Source: a virus
Strand: one strand, 5' to 3'
IMG/VR virus record: IMGVR_UViG_3300023179_000086
Location: 9,400-73,399 of that record
Length of the DNA stretch: 64,000 bases
Part shown: positions 50,869-59,054 of the stretch, in pieces
Layout: the number at the start of each line of letters is the position of its first letter
How positions within the stretch are numbered: position 1 is the stretch's first letter
Notes under the pieces: generated by a model
Databases searched by the model: none
What the model was told of the DNA's origin: nothing
What the model saw: only the letters and a program-made list of their open reading frames with translations
Made by a program: the position numbers and the translations under genes

Positions 50869-51635
50869 TTATATTTTATAACTTTAATTACTAAACCACT
50901 AATATCTATTTCATACCATTTTTCACCATAATACCAACGTTTAGGATAACGATGATGATTATTGTGCCATGATTCGCCCCAACTTGGTATAGCCCATACC
51001 CAATTATTAGCACTCCTATCGTTTAAATTATATCGTCTTGATCCACCAAACCAATTGGGCATATGACCTGAAAAGTTAACTATGTTACTCATAAACACCG
51101 AGAGTACAACAGGTGCCCAATGTAGAAATATCATTAAATACCATCCACCGATTAAGTATAATAACCCACTCCAACTAAGTAATATCAAAACATAATAACG
51201 ATGTAAAAAACGATGGTAAGGATCTGATATTAATTCACGCATGCGCCATTTTACAGAATGGTCCATGGGGTAACGATGAAAAAACAATTTCCAACCATAA
51301 ACGTATGGTGTATGTGGATCATCTTCTTTATCACTTCGTAAATGATGTTTTAAATGTATACTTACCCATACTATACTACTGCCTGTACCTGCCAAACATC
51401 CAAATAATGTGAATAATTTTATAATCCATGGATGTGTGTTATATGCTTTATGTGTGTGAAAACGATGAAATGCTACTACAATACCCAAACAAACGTATAT
51501 AAAGTAACCTAATATAGTTAATCCTACTGTTTGCCATGTAACGCCATAGGTATAAAATGCCCATATACTAGCTACACAACTTGTTGCAAGTAGTGCTTGT
51601 GTAAAATTGTTATTGCTGACATACCATTTTTGCAT
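50865..51635 (-). CDS. membrane fatty-acid desaturase 7
   Basis: HRFHTH, HLKHH, GESWHNNHH; ATG 51635 follows AATAAATA. Confidence 0.93.
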   Translation of the reverse strand: MQKWYVSNNNFTQALLATSCVASIWAFYTYGVTWQTVGLTILGYFIYVCLGIVVAFHRFHTHKAYNTHPWIIKLFTLFGCLAGTGSSIVWVSIHLKHHLRSDKEDDPHTPYVYGWKLFFHRYPMDHSVKWRMRELISDPYHRFLHRYYVLILLSWSGLLYLIGGWYLMIFLHWAPVVLSVFMSNIVNFSGHMPNWFGGSRRYNLNDRSANNWVWAIPSWGESWHNNHHRYPKRWYYGEKWYEIDISGLVIKVIKYN

Positions 51636-51643
51636 GTTAGTAT

Positions 51644-52264
51644 TTATTGCTGTTCTTCCACCCATCTAATACTATTCCAATCAGGTTCATAACTCTCATC
51701 TATTTTATGATAGACAACATATTGCTTAGTGTTATTAATCTTAAGTGGATAATCAACATGAAATTGACCATTGTAAAACAAGCTATTTACATTGCGTTTT
51801 TTCTGTATGCCTAAACCACTCCGTTTAAAATAAGGTATAAGTCGTTTATTATATTCATTAAATGTTAAACACAATGTCTTATAATTTCTTTGTTTTGCCC
51901 ACGCTAGTTGTAGTGGACATAGATGCCGACCAACTAAAAACTGTCCACGATATGATTTATTGACCCAAGTTCTTACACCACCAAGTGCAACATAAGGATC
52001 AAAATCTGATTTGTTTACCCCACTAATGGCAATCATTTCACCAAACTTTAATAAAGCAAATACATCACCATTATCTTGCTTAAATCGATTGCTATGATAA
52101 ATTAAGTACGGTAAGGTTGATGGGTTATTTCCCCAATCATCATCCCACATATTTATATGGCTTGGTTCATCCTTTTCTTGAAATGCATCAAAACAAAATT
52201 TAAGAATAAAATTTTTATGATCAACATGAAAATTATTGTCAAATATACTTAAAGTAGTAAGCAT
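51644..52264 (-). CDS. GNAT-like acyltransferase
   Basis: IAISG, RTWVNKSYRGQ (motif A-like), LTFNEYN. Confidence 0.7.
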   Translation of the reverse strand: MLTTLSIFDNNFHVDHKNFILKFCFDAFQEKDEPSHINMWDDDWGNNPSTLPYLIYHSNRFKQDNGDVFALLKFGEMIAISGVNKSDFDPYVALGGVRTWVNKSYRGQFLVGRHLCPLQLAWAKQRNYKTLCLTFNEYNKRLIPYFKRSGLGIQKKRNVNSLFYNGQFHVDYPLKINNTKQYVVYHKIDESYEPDWNSIRWVEEQQ

Positions 52265-53019
52265 TATTTTTTAAGAAGTTTAATAATATTACCTGCAATA
52301 TCATATTCCCATGGCTGAACAGTTGTGGTATAGTTAGTACTGTTATGATGGTGATTATTATGCCAACCTTCCCCCCATAAAAACAAATTTAATAACCAAC
52401 TATTTGTACTATTGTCATTAGTTTCAAATGATTTATAACCATTACTATGAGGAACTAAAATAAATGCGGCTGCAGCAAAATGCGTTAAAATAACAGGGAT
52501 TGCATAAAAATATATCATTGTTTTAATACTTATTATACTAAGTAAAGTTACCCATATTAAAATTATTAATACGTAATAATCATTTATAAAAACATGTTTT
52601 TTAGTTAACAGATCCTTTATATATTTTTTTTGTATAGTTTCTCCAAAATTTATCATGATAGGCATTAAAACTTTTAATCCAACATTTTTTGGATTATGTG
52701 GATCATTAATAGTATCTGATTGTTTATGATGTAAACGGTGAATATAACTCCATCCTAATGGACTCCCACGAACTGATAATATAGCCACGATAGTAAAAAA
52801 ATGTTTTAATAAATTTGTTTTAAAAACAAAACTACGATGTGCATAGTAACGATGTAAACCAATTACAAACCCCAAACAACTGAAAATAAAATAACCTATA
52901 ATAATATTAAGTATATCAATTGTTGTTATATCATATGTAACCAATCCATAGATACTTAATAATAAAAAGGAACCATGTAAGATTGATAAATTTAATCCTG
53001 TTGGACGCAAATAATTCAT
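52264..53019 (-). CDS. membrane fatty-acid desaturase 8
   Basis: HRYYAH, HRLHH, GEGWHNNHH. Confidence 0.93.
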   Translation of the reverse strand: MNYLRPTGLNLSILHGSFLLLSIYGLVTYDITTIDILNIIIGYFIFSCLGFVIGLHRYYAHRSFVFKTNLLKHFFTIVAILSVRGSPLGWSYIHRLHHKQSDTINDPHNPKNVGLKVLMPIMINFGETIQKKYIKDLLTKKHVFINDYYVLIILIWVTLLSIISIKTMIYFYAIPVILTHFAAAAFILVPHSNGYKSFETNDNSTNSWLLNLFLWGEGWHNNHHHNSTNYTTTVQPWEYDIAGNIIKLLKK

Positions 53020-53022
53020 AAT

Positions 53023-53043
53023 AATATTTAGGTCCTAAATATT
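53023..53043. promoter_or_regulatory. palindromic divergent late-promoter pair
   Basis: AATATTTAGG-T-CCTAAATATT; TAAATA on each strand. Confidence 0.6.
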
Positions 53044-53048
53044 TCAAT

Positions 53049-54515
53049 ATGCAAATAATACTTTTTACAGACGTAGCAGACACTATTGGTTATGGAAAAT
53101 ATGCAGGTACATACAAATTAGCTACAGAATTACGATTACACAGCTACACTTGTCAAGTTATTGATGTGTTTTCTTATTATTCATGGGCACAACTTACATC
53201 TTTAGCAACCAAATTTATAACAAAAGATACTGTATTGGTTGGATTTAGTTGTACGCTAAGCGAAAAAAGAATACATGGTAAAGTATATAACTTTGGAATG
53301 GAGGATCAACGATTTGTAGATTTCCTTACTTATATAAAACAAATTAATCAAAATGTTCGTGTGGCCTTAGGTGGTGCAAGAATGAATAATATATGCCATT
53401 GGCAAGGTGTAGATTATGTTGTATTAAATAAAGCAGATCGAGCAATTATCGCTATTGTTGAACATCTTTTATACAAAAAAGAATTAATTACTCATCGTCA
53501 AAGTCCATCGTTTCTTGTAGATGGTAACGACTACCCATATAACCAAGAAGATTTTAGTCGTAGCCAAATTATTTTTGAACCTAATGATATCATTTTTCAA
53601 AACGAAGCACTTCCTATTGAAGTTAGTCGTGGTTGTATCTTTCAATGCGCATTCTGTAGATACGATCACATCGGTAAAAAAATTGGAGAATGGCAAAAAA
53701 CTGCGGATACTTTACGCAACGAATTTCTTCGCAACTATGAATTATATGGTACAACGAATTACATGTTTAGTGATGAGTTAATTAATGAAAGTTTAGACAA
53801 GATGAATTTTTTGTGTGAAGTAGTGAGTAGTTTACCATTTAAGTTGCAGTATACGAGTTACGCTAGGATTGATTTAATATGGCGATACCCTCAAATGCGT
53901 GAATTATTGTTAGAAAGTGGTGCTATTAGTTTGCAATTTGGTATAGAAACATTGAATGAATCAGTAGGAAAAAAGATTGGTAAAGGATTAGCTACACAAA
54001 AAATTAAAGATACTTTAAGTTATTGTGGTGAATTATGGAAAGATAAAATTATTATGGCAAGCAATTTTATTGTAGGGTTACCCAACGAAACTGAAGAAAG
54101 TATTTGGAATACAGTAAATTATTTAGTAAGTGACGAATGTAAATTAGATATATTTGGATTTCTGCCATTGGCAATAAAAGTAGAAGATGATGGTAGAAAA
54201 TCAAGTAAAATAGATCGAGATCCAAAAAATTTTGGATATACTATTGTTGCAACAAATGATTGGGATAATGGGCACATGAAATATGAAGATGCTAAAAAAT
54301 TAGTACACAGAATTTGGAGAGATCCAAGAGTTCAAAAAAAAGCTAAATTTGGGGCAGCAACTTGGATTGGGAGAATTATTAATCTAGGATATTCATTAGA
54401 GGAAATTTTTATCTTATTAAATGGAAATCTTACTCAACATGAACTATCAACTTTTTTTAAAGACAAAACACTTTCAAAAAAATTAGAATATTATAACAAA
54501 TTAATGGAATTATAA
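53049..54515 (+). CDS. B12-binding radical SAM protein
   Basis: EVSRGCIFQCAFC, FGIET, FIVGLPNET; N-terminal VGFS..LGG cobalamin-binding-like domain. Confidence 0.88.
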   Translation: MQIILFTDVADTIGYGKYAGTYKLATELRLHSYTCQVIDVFSYYSWAQLTSLATKFITKDTVLVGFSCTLSEKRIHGKVYNFGMEDQRFVDFLTYIKQINQNVRVALGGARMNNICHWQGVDYVVLNKADRAIIAIVEHLLYKKELITHRQSPSFLVDGNDYPYNQEDFSRSQIIFEPNDIIFQNEALPIEVSRGCIFQCAFCRYDHIGKKIGEWQKTADTLRNEFLRNYELYGTTNYMFSDELINESLDKMNFLCEVVSSLPFKLQYTSYARIDLIWRYPQMRELLLESGAISLQFGIETLNESVGKKIGKGLATQKIKDTLSYCGELWKDKIIMASNFIVGLPNETEESIWNTVNYLVSDECKLDIFGFLPLAIKVEDDGRKSSKIDRDPKNFGYTIVATNDWDNGHMKYEDAKKLVHRIWRDPRVQKKAKFGAATWIGRIINLGYSLEEIFILLNGNLTQHELSTFFKDKTLSKKLEYYNKLMEL

Positions 54516-55372
54516 TGATACAAGAAAATAAACTCATTGGTTTTAGTAATGCGGAAACAACTTATTTTGCATACGAATCATTGCCATTGTGCGGCATTGG
54601 TATAAACAAACATCCAATTATTTCAATGGATCCATATATTGATATTTCAAAAAATATTGAATTGCATAGTGAATGTTGTCGTGGATTGGCACAAATTGAA
54701 ACATTTAAAATGGCGATGTTTCCTGGCACGGTTCATGCTTCGGAAAGTAAATTAGGAAAAATAAATTTTACTGAAATGCTTTATGATTTACAAAAATATG
54801 ACGAAACAGGATTACATAAAGAAAACTTATTATGGTTAGATAAAAATAGTTCTGATCCAAAAAGAGCAATGTACAAATATATGTACTACGCAATGGGAGC
54901 AAATATTCCATGGTTTTTTGCTTATTACCTGCGTAATCAACATTTTTTGGAAAAATTAACCGAACCCGACAAATTATGGACGGATGAAGCTAAAAAATTA
55001 TTTCCTAATTTAATAAAATATATCAGTACATTGCCTTTTAAAACAATTGGCAGGGTATTATTTTTTACTACTTATCCAAATGCAGGGGTTACTGCACATC
55101 GTGATTTGTACGTCACCCCACATAAAGATCAAAACATTAATTTATTTTTTGCAGGTGGTTGGAGACCAAGTTTTGTATGGGATGATAGTATTAATCAAAA
55201 AATTTATTTACCTCAAGGTGCAACAAGTTACTTCTTTAATAATCGTGATTATCATGGTGTTGATCCTGAACCTAAATTTAGATACACATTACGTATTGAT
55301 GGAGTATTTGAAGATTGGCTACAAGATGAATTAGGTATGGTAGATGGATATGTTTGGAATGGTTATTTGTAA
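54515..55372 (+). CDS. 2OG-Fe(II) oxygenase-like protein
   Basis: AHRD..YHGV..YTLRIDG. Confidence 0.65.
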   Translation: MIQENKLIGFSNAETTYFAYESLPLCGIGINKHPIISMDPYIDISKNIELHSECCRGLAQIETFKMAMFPGTVHASESKLGKINFTEMLYDLQKYDETGLHKENLLWLDKNSSDPKRAMYKYMYYAMGANIPWFFAYYLRNQHFLEKLTEPDKLWTDEAKKLFPNLIKYISTLPFKTIGRVLFFTTYPNAGVTAHRDLYVTPHKDQNINLFFAGGWRPSFVWDDSINQKIYLPQGATSYFFNNRDYHGVDPEPKFRYTLRIDGVFEDWLQDELGMVDGYVWNGYL

Positions 55373-55926
55373 CCAATCATCATATAACGCTCATAATATT
55401 TACCATTTTTGTTAAGTTGTATTGGTTTTATACCAAACATGCAAATTTGACTTAAAATAAATTTATTTTTAAATTCATTTATTGAGGATGTTGGTTGTTT
55501 TACTAACCATGGTTCTTCCTTGTTGGTTATATTTGTTGTTTGTAAACACACTAAAGTACCATTTGGTATGGAATCAAACCAACTATTATCAGAAAAATGT
55601 TCAAAACTACAATTTATTACAATTTGTGGTGGATCACTCCAATCTAATTTATTTGCATCTGCAAAAATATTATTTACAGTTATCGGATTATATACTGTAA
55701 AAGCTTCACAAATCTTTTCACTTATATTAATAGATAAATTATCAAAGTCATATCCAACAATTAACTTATAAAAATCAGGTTTACGAACATGTAACATAAA
55801 GCCAAGAACATTATACCAACTACCAAGAATCCATATTGTAGATTGATATTTGGCATAACGTTCTAATTCTTCACATAGCCATATTTTACTTAATATTTGT
55901 CCGTGACTAAACGCATCAAAATTCAT
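55363..55926 (-). CDS. class I SAM-dependent methyltransferase-like protein
   Basis: SKIWLCEEL, ILGSWY, GYDFD, INCSFEH, RYMMIG. Confidence 0.7.
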   Translation of the reverse strand: MNFDAFSHGQILSKIWLCEELERYAKYQSTIWILGSWYNVLGFMLHVRKPDFYKLIVGYDFDNLSINISEKICEAFTVYNPITVNNIFADANKLDWSDPPQIVINCSFEHFSDNSWFDSIPNGTLVCLQTTNITNKEEPWLVKQPTSSINEFKNKFILSQICMFGIKPIQLNKNGKYYERYMMIGYK

Positions 55927-55965
55927 GAAATTATTTACAGAATTAGATACAGTGTAAATAAATTC

Positions 55966-56820
55966 ATGAATACTAAAATTTTAATAATGGGCTTGCCTGG
56001 CTCTGGAAAAACATATCTTGCTGAACGGTTGAAGGCATATTTAGAAATACCCCGTTCAGTTACCGAAATGCCAATTAGCAAATTAGCAAACTATGAAGTT
56101 GCACCTATGAATTGGTACCCATCCGTAAAATGGTTTAACGCAGATGATATTCGTAAACGTTATAATGATTGGGATTTTAGTACAGAAGGGCGTATTCGGC
56201 AATCATTAAGAATGGCTGACTTTGCATTGAATAGTGGAAGTGATTATGTAATATGTGATTTTGTTGCACCATTAGTAGAAATGCGTAATAATTTTAAAGC
56301 TGATTGGACAATATGGATGGATACTATTGATGCAGGACGTTTTGAAGATACTAATAAAGCTTTTATTCCACCTGACGTATATGATTTTAGAATCACAGAA
56401 AAAAATGCTGATTTTTGGGCAAAATTTATTGGTAAACATATTATAGAAGACAAACGTAGACCTAAATTTGATTGGCGTAAAGAAACAGTACAAATGCTAG
56501 GCAGATGGCAACCTTGGCATGCAGGTCATCGTGCTTTATTCGAACGTTTACTAACACGTACAGGACAGGTTATTATTCAGATACGTGATGTACAAGGTTG
56601 GCAAGGCAGCAATCCATTTACATTTGATCAAGTCAAAAATTTTATTAAAAAAGATTTAGATCCATTTTACCAAGGACAATATGAAATTATGTTAGTTCCA
56701 AACATTGTACATATTGGTTGGGGTCGTGGTGTAGGATATACAAGCGGTGAAGAAACATTTGAAGAACATATTACCAATATTAGCGCAACTCAAATTAGAA
56801 AGGAAATGGGTCTTCAATGA
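55966..56820 (+). CDS. cysC: adenylylsulfate-kinase-like domain fused to HxGH nucleotidyltransferase
   Basis: GLPGSGKT, NADDIR, DFSTEGR, DFVAP; then GRWQPWHAGH..ISATQIR. Confidence 0.75.
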   Translation: MNTKILIMGLPGSGKTYLAERLKAYLEIPRSVTEMPISKLANYEVAPMNWYPSVKWFNADDIRKRYNDWDFSTEGRIRQSLRMADFALNSGSDYVICDFVAPLVEMRNNFKADWTIWMDTIDAGRFEDTNKAFIPPDVYDFRITEKNADFWAKFIGKHIIEDKRRPKFDWRKETVQMLGRWQPWHAGHRALFERLLTRTGQVIIQIRDVQGWQGSNPFTFDQVKNFIKKDLDPFYQGQYEIMLVPNIVHIGWGRGVGYTSGEETFEEHITNISATQIRKEMGLQ

Positions 56821-57536
56821 CCTACAAAAAAACATGTATTATTTGTACGCCGAGATCAGGTAGTCAATTATGTGAAAAATTAATTCAACAAATATCACCT
56901 AATACTGTTTTGTTAGGTGAATATTTCGAAAAATGGAATCAAAATAATTATGAAATAGAACAAAATAATATTAAAAAAATTATACACATTAGCAAAAAAA
57001 CAGGTTTTAGTATTGATCCAACATATTCTCAACGATTAAATTTACTACGTGATTTAGAGCAATCACTTACGATAAGATTATTTTATTTGTATGGGTACGA
57101 ACCATTTAAAATAAAAACAATTATAGAAACTTTACATCAATTTGGATTTGAATTTATAATACTGTCAAGAAATAATAAAAAAGAACAATTATTAAGTTGG
57201 TTAATAGCTAAAGCTCATAGTGATTTTTATAAAGATAATAAAATTTTTGTAATCAATAATGTATTACAATGTAAAGTAAAAATATATTTAGATAACTATA
57301 AAAACATCGTAAATCAATTTATTTTTACATATAGGTATTGGGATAAAAATATTACACAATTATTCAAAAAAATAAATTATCATAGCATTGTATATGAATC
57401 TATTTTTAATGATTTACAAAAAGCTTATCAGTTTGAATTTATGCCTATTGGTGCTAAAACCATTAATGGTAATCATTTAGATTATGTTGAGAACCACAAC
57501 GAAGTAAGTGATTATTTAGATAAATTACTTATTTGA
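56817..57536 (+). CDS. sulfotransferase (Stf0-like)
   Basis: TPRSGSQ PAPS loop, LGEYF, LSR..QLLSW, YE. Confidence 0.75.
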   Translation: MTYKKTCIICTPRSGSQLCEKLIQQISPNTVLLGEYFEKWNQNNYEIEQNNIKKIIHISKKTGFSIDPTYSQRLNLLRDLEQSLTIRLFYLYGYEPFKIKTIIETLHQFGFEFIILSRNNKKEQLLSWLIAKAHSDFYKDNKIFVINNVLQCKVKIYLDNYKNIVNQFIFTYRYWDKNITQLFKKINYHSIVYESIFNDLQKAYQFEFMPIGAKTINGNHLDYVENHNEVSDYLDKLLI

Positions 57537-57561
57537 CAGCCAACTAATTGTTTGCTATAGT
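57533..57561 (+). promoter_or_regulatory. sigma70-type promoter for tRNA(CAT)
   Basis: TTGACA-17-TATAGT with TG extension. Confidence 0.75.
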
Positions 57562-57573
57562 TCGTTTCACTTT

Positions 57574-57652
<79 letters not shown>

Positions 57653-57741
57653 AAAGTAGTAAAAAATGTAAATAATGTGGCTTTTTTATATGGTTTTTTT
57701 GCAAATGTATAAATAACCATACAATAAAGTAACAAAAGTAG

Positions 57742-57770
57742 TTGACAAAAAAAAATTTATAAGGTAAGGT
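57742..57770 (+). promoter_or_regulatory. sigma70-type promoter of the tRNA array
   Basis: TTGACA-17-TAAGGT; predicted start at or next to ATG 57778. Confidence 0.7.
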
Positions 57771-57777
57771 AACAAAC

Positions 57778-57894
57778 ATGCAACATCTCAGAAACATTAT
57801 GTGTTTAGTAAAAGGTACGCAACCAACATGGTGTGCGTTTCCCTATGCTTGCTCATTTAGTTCTGAGGATAATAGGGGGTTGGGTTCAGTCTAA
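57778..57894 (+). CDS. putative attenuator leader peptide (38 aa, missed by ORF track)
   Basis: MQHLRNIMCLVKGTQPTWCAFPYACSFSSEDNRGLGSV; 3' end overlaps the antiterminator arm. Confidence 0.7.
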   Translation: MQHLRNIMCLVKGTQPTWCAFPYACSFSSEDNRGLGSV

Positions 57895-57926
57895 TCACAG
57901 TTTGTTTATAAGATTAAATTGAACCC
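57882..57926 (+). promoter_or_regulatory. antiterminator hairpin
   Basis: GGGTTCAGTCTAATC (57882-57896) pairs at 14 of 15 positions with GATTAAATTGAACCC (57912-57926). Confidence 0.7.
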
Positions 57927-57956
57927 TAGGAATAAACCCCTAGGGTTTTTTGTTTT
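57922..57956 (+). terminator. intrinsic terminator (attenuator)
   Basis: AACCCTAGG-8 nt-CCTAGGGTT-TTTTGTTTT. Confidence 0.85.
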
Positions 57957-57957
57957 A

Positions 57958-58121
57958 CGTGTGTGAGAAACGAGGTCTCAGTGGTGCACGATAAACATGC
58001 CACGAACGGTCGGAGTCTCGGTATGAAACTGTTGGCGATAACACAGGAGTAAGATGAGCAAGTGGGGGATAGCCCCACTACATTCTTAAAATAATTGGTT
58101 TACAGTTTTTTTAAGAATGTA
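57958..58121 (+). ncRNA. candidate structured RNA
   Basis: GC-elevated non-coding tract; stems TGAGA/TCTCA, GTGGTG/TGCCAC, CTGT/ACAG, AGTGGGG/CCCCACT, TACATTCTTAAAA/TTTTAAGAATGTA. Confidence 0.5.
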
Positions 58122-58135
58122 ATATTGGTATCTAG

Positions 58136-58215
58136 GCATCGTTGGCTGAGTGGTCTAAAGCAATCGTCTGCAAAACGATTTATAACCGCAGGTTCAAATC
58201 CTGCACGATGCTCCA
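58136..58215 (+). tRNA. tRNA-Cys(GCA)
   Basis: GCATCGT/ACGATGC, loop CTGCAAA, U discriminator, CCA. Confidence 0.9.
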
Positions 58216-58223
58216 ATAAAAAT

Positions 58224-58299
58224 GTATCGCTAGCTCAATTGGCAGAGCAGTGGCCTCCAAAGCCAAAGGTTCAGGGTTCGACTCCTTGGCGGTACGCCA
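58224..58299 (+). tRNA. tRNA-Trp(CCA)
   Basis: GTATCGC/GCGGTAC, loop CTCCAAA, CCA. Confidence 0.9.
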
Positions 58300-58320
58300 A
58301 TTTATATAAATACTATAATC

Positions 58321-58815
58321 ATGCGTATTAAAGAATTTATTACAGAATCATCCGATAGAAAAATTGGTAAATTAATTGGTGGACAATTGTATGTGCATAA
58401 AGATTACGTTAATTCACCATTACTAAAACGTGAAATACCTTTATCATGGTATAAACTTGCTGCAAGTAAATTGCCATCTGATTTTGACTATACAGTTGTA
58501 CGTTATGACCTTAAAGATGCTTCTATTGCTTTCATATCATCACCTGATTTTGATACAGCAGATGAACCAACTGTTGGCACATCCATTAAAGTGACTAGAG
58601 ATGGTGACGTTAAAATTACAAAACCATTAGCTGATCCTTGGATATGGCATCACAAATGGGAATGGGTTGGTGATGATTATACAGGTTTTGATGTAGAACA
58701 AAGTAAAGCACGATCACAAAAATGGAAATCCATTGTGGGTGTTGATAAATCTGTTTCTTCTAGAATAGGTAAGAAAAGTTATTGGGATCGTGAAATTGTC
58801 CCTAAAATAAAATAA
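58321..58815 (+). CDS. late protein resembling a domain of DNA phosphorothioation-associated methyltransferases
   Basis: GKLIGGQLYVH..FISSPDFDTADEP..S..PWIWHHK..V..DY; TATAAATA at 58305; family call from memory. Confidence 0.6.
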   Translation: MRIKEFITESSDRKIGKLIGGQLYVHKDYVNSPLLKREIPLSWYKLAASKLPSDFDYTVVRYDLKDASIAFISSPDFDTADEPTVGTSIKVTRDGDVKITKPLADPWIWHHKWEWVGDDYTGFDVEQSKARSQKWKSIVGVDKSVSSRIGKKSYWDREIVPKIK

Positions 58816-58904
58816 GGAGGGGCAACCCGATTGGTGACGGTACCTGTCTTGAAAACAGATAGATCGCTGATGCGATTGGAGTTCGACTCCGCCTCCCTCC
58901 GCCA
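58816..58904 (+). tRNA. tRNA-Ser(TGA), T-arm degenerate
   Basis: GGAGGGG/TCCCTCC, loop CTTGAAA, long variable arm, G discriminator, CCA; T-stem pairs poorly. Confidence 0.7.
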
Positions 58905-58916
58905 ATAAATAATAAC

Positions 58917-59051
58917 ATGACAATGTGGCAACTTCATCTTTATCATGGTGCTTGGTTAGCTCTATTAATTATTGTAGGTGCATTAACCTATTGGTGGGTA
59001 TCATTACTCATATTCATAGCAATTTTTATATACGCATTTGTATTTGCTTAA
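58917..59051 (+). CDS. small hydrophobic membrane protein (missed by ORF track)
   Basis: MTMWQLHLYHGAWLALLIIVGALTYWWVSLLIFIAIFIYAFVFA; AATAAATA upstream; fills the gap between two tRNAs. Confidence 0.55.
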   Translation: MTMWQLHLYHGAWLALLIIVGALTYWWVSLLIFIAIFIYAFVFA

Positions 59052-59054
59052 ATA

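Noticed and set aside
36284-57536. Island as contaminating bacterial DNA
   Set aside because: Carries the same TAAATA motifs, tight gene overlaps and AT-rich composition as the phage flanks, with no integrase or IS ends; read-level confirmation is still needed.
58095-58331. 78-aa ORF, and similar ORFs at 57609-57797, 58714-58923 and 62157-62405
   Set aside because: They run across tRNA or ncRNA genes, lack an RBS and are best explained by locally higher GC.
58816-58904. Selenocysteine tRNA
   Set aside because: Anticodon is TGA (Ser), not TCA; acceptor stem is 7 bp.
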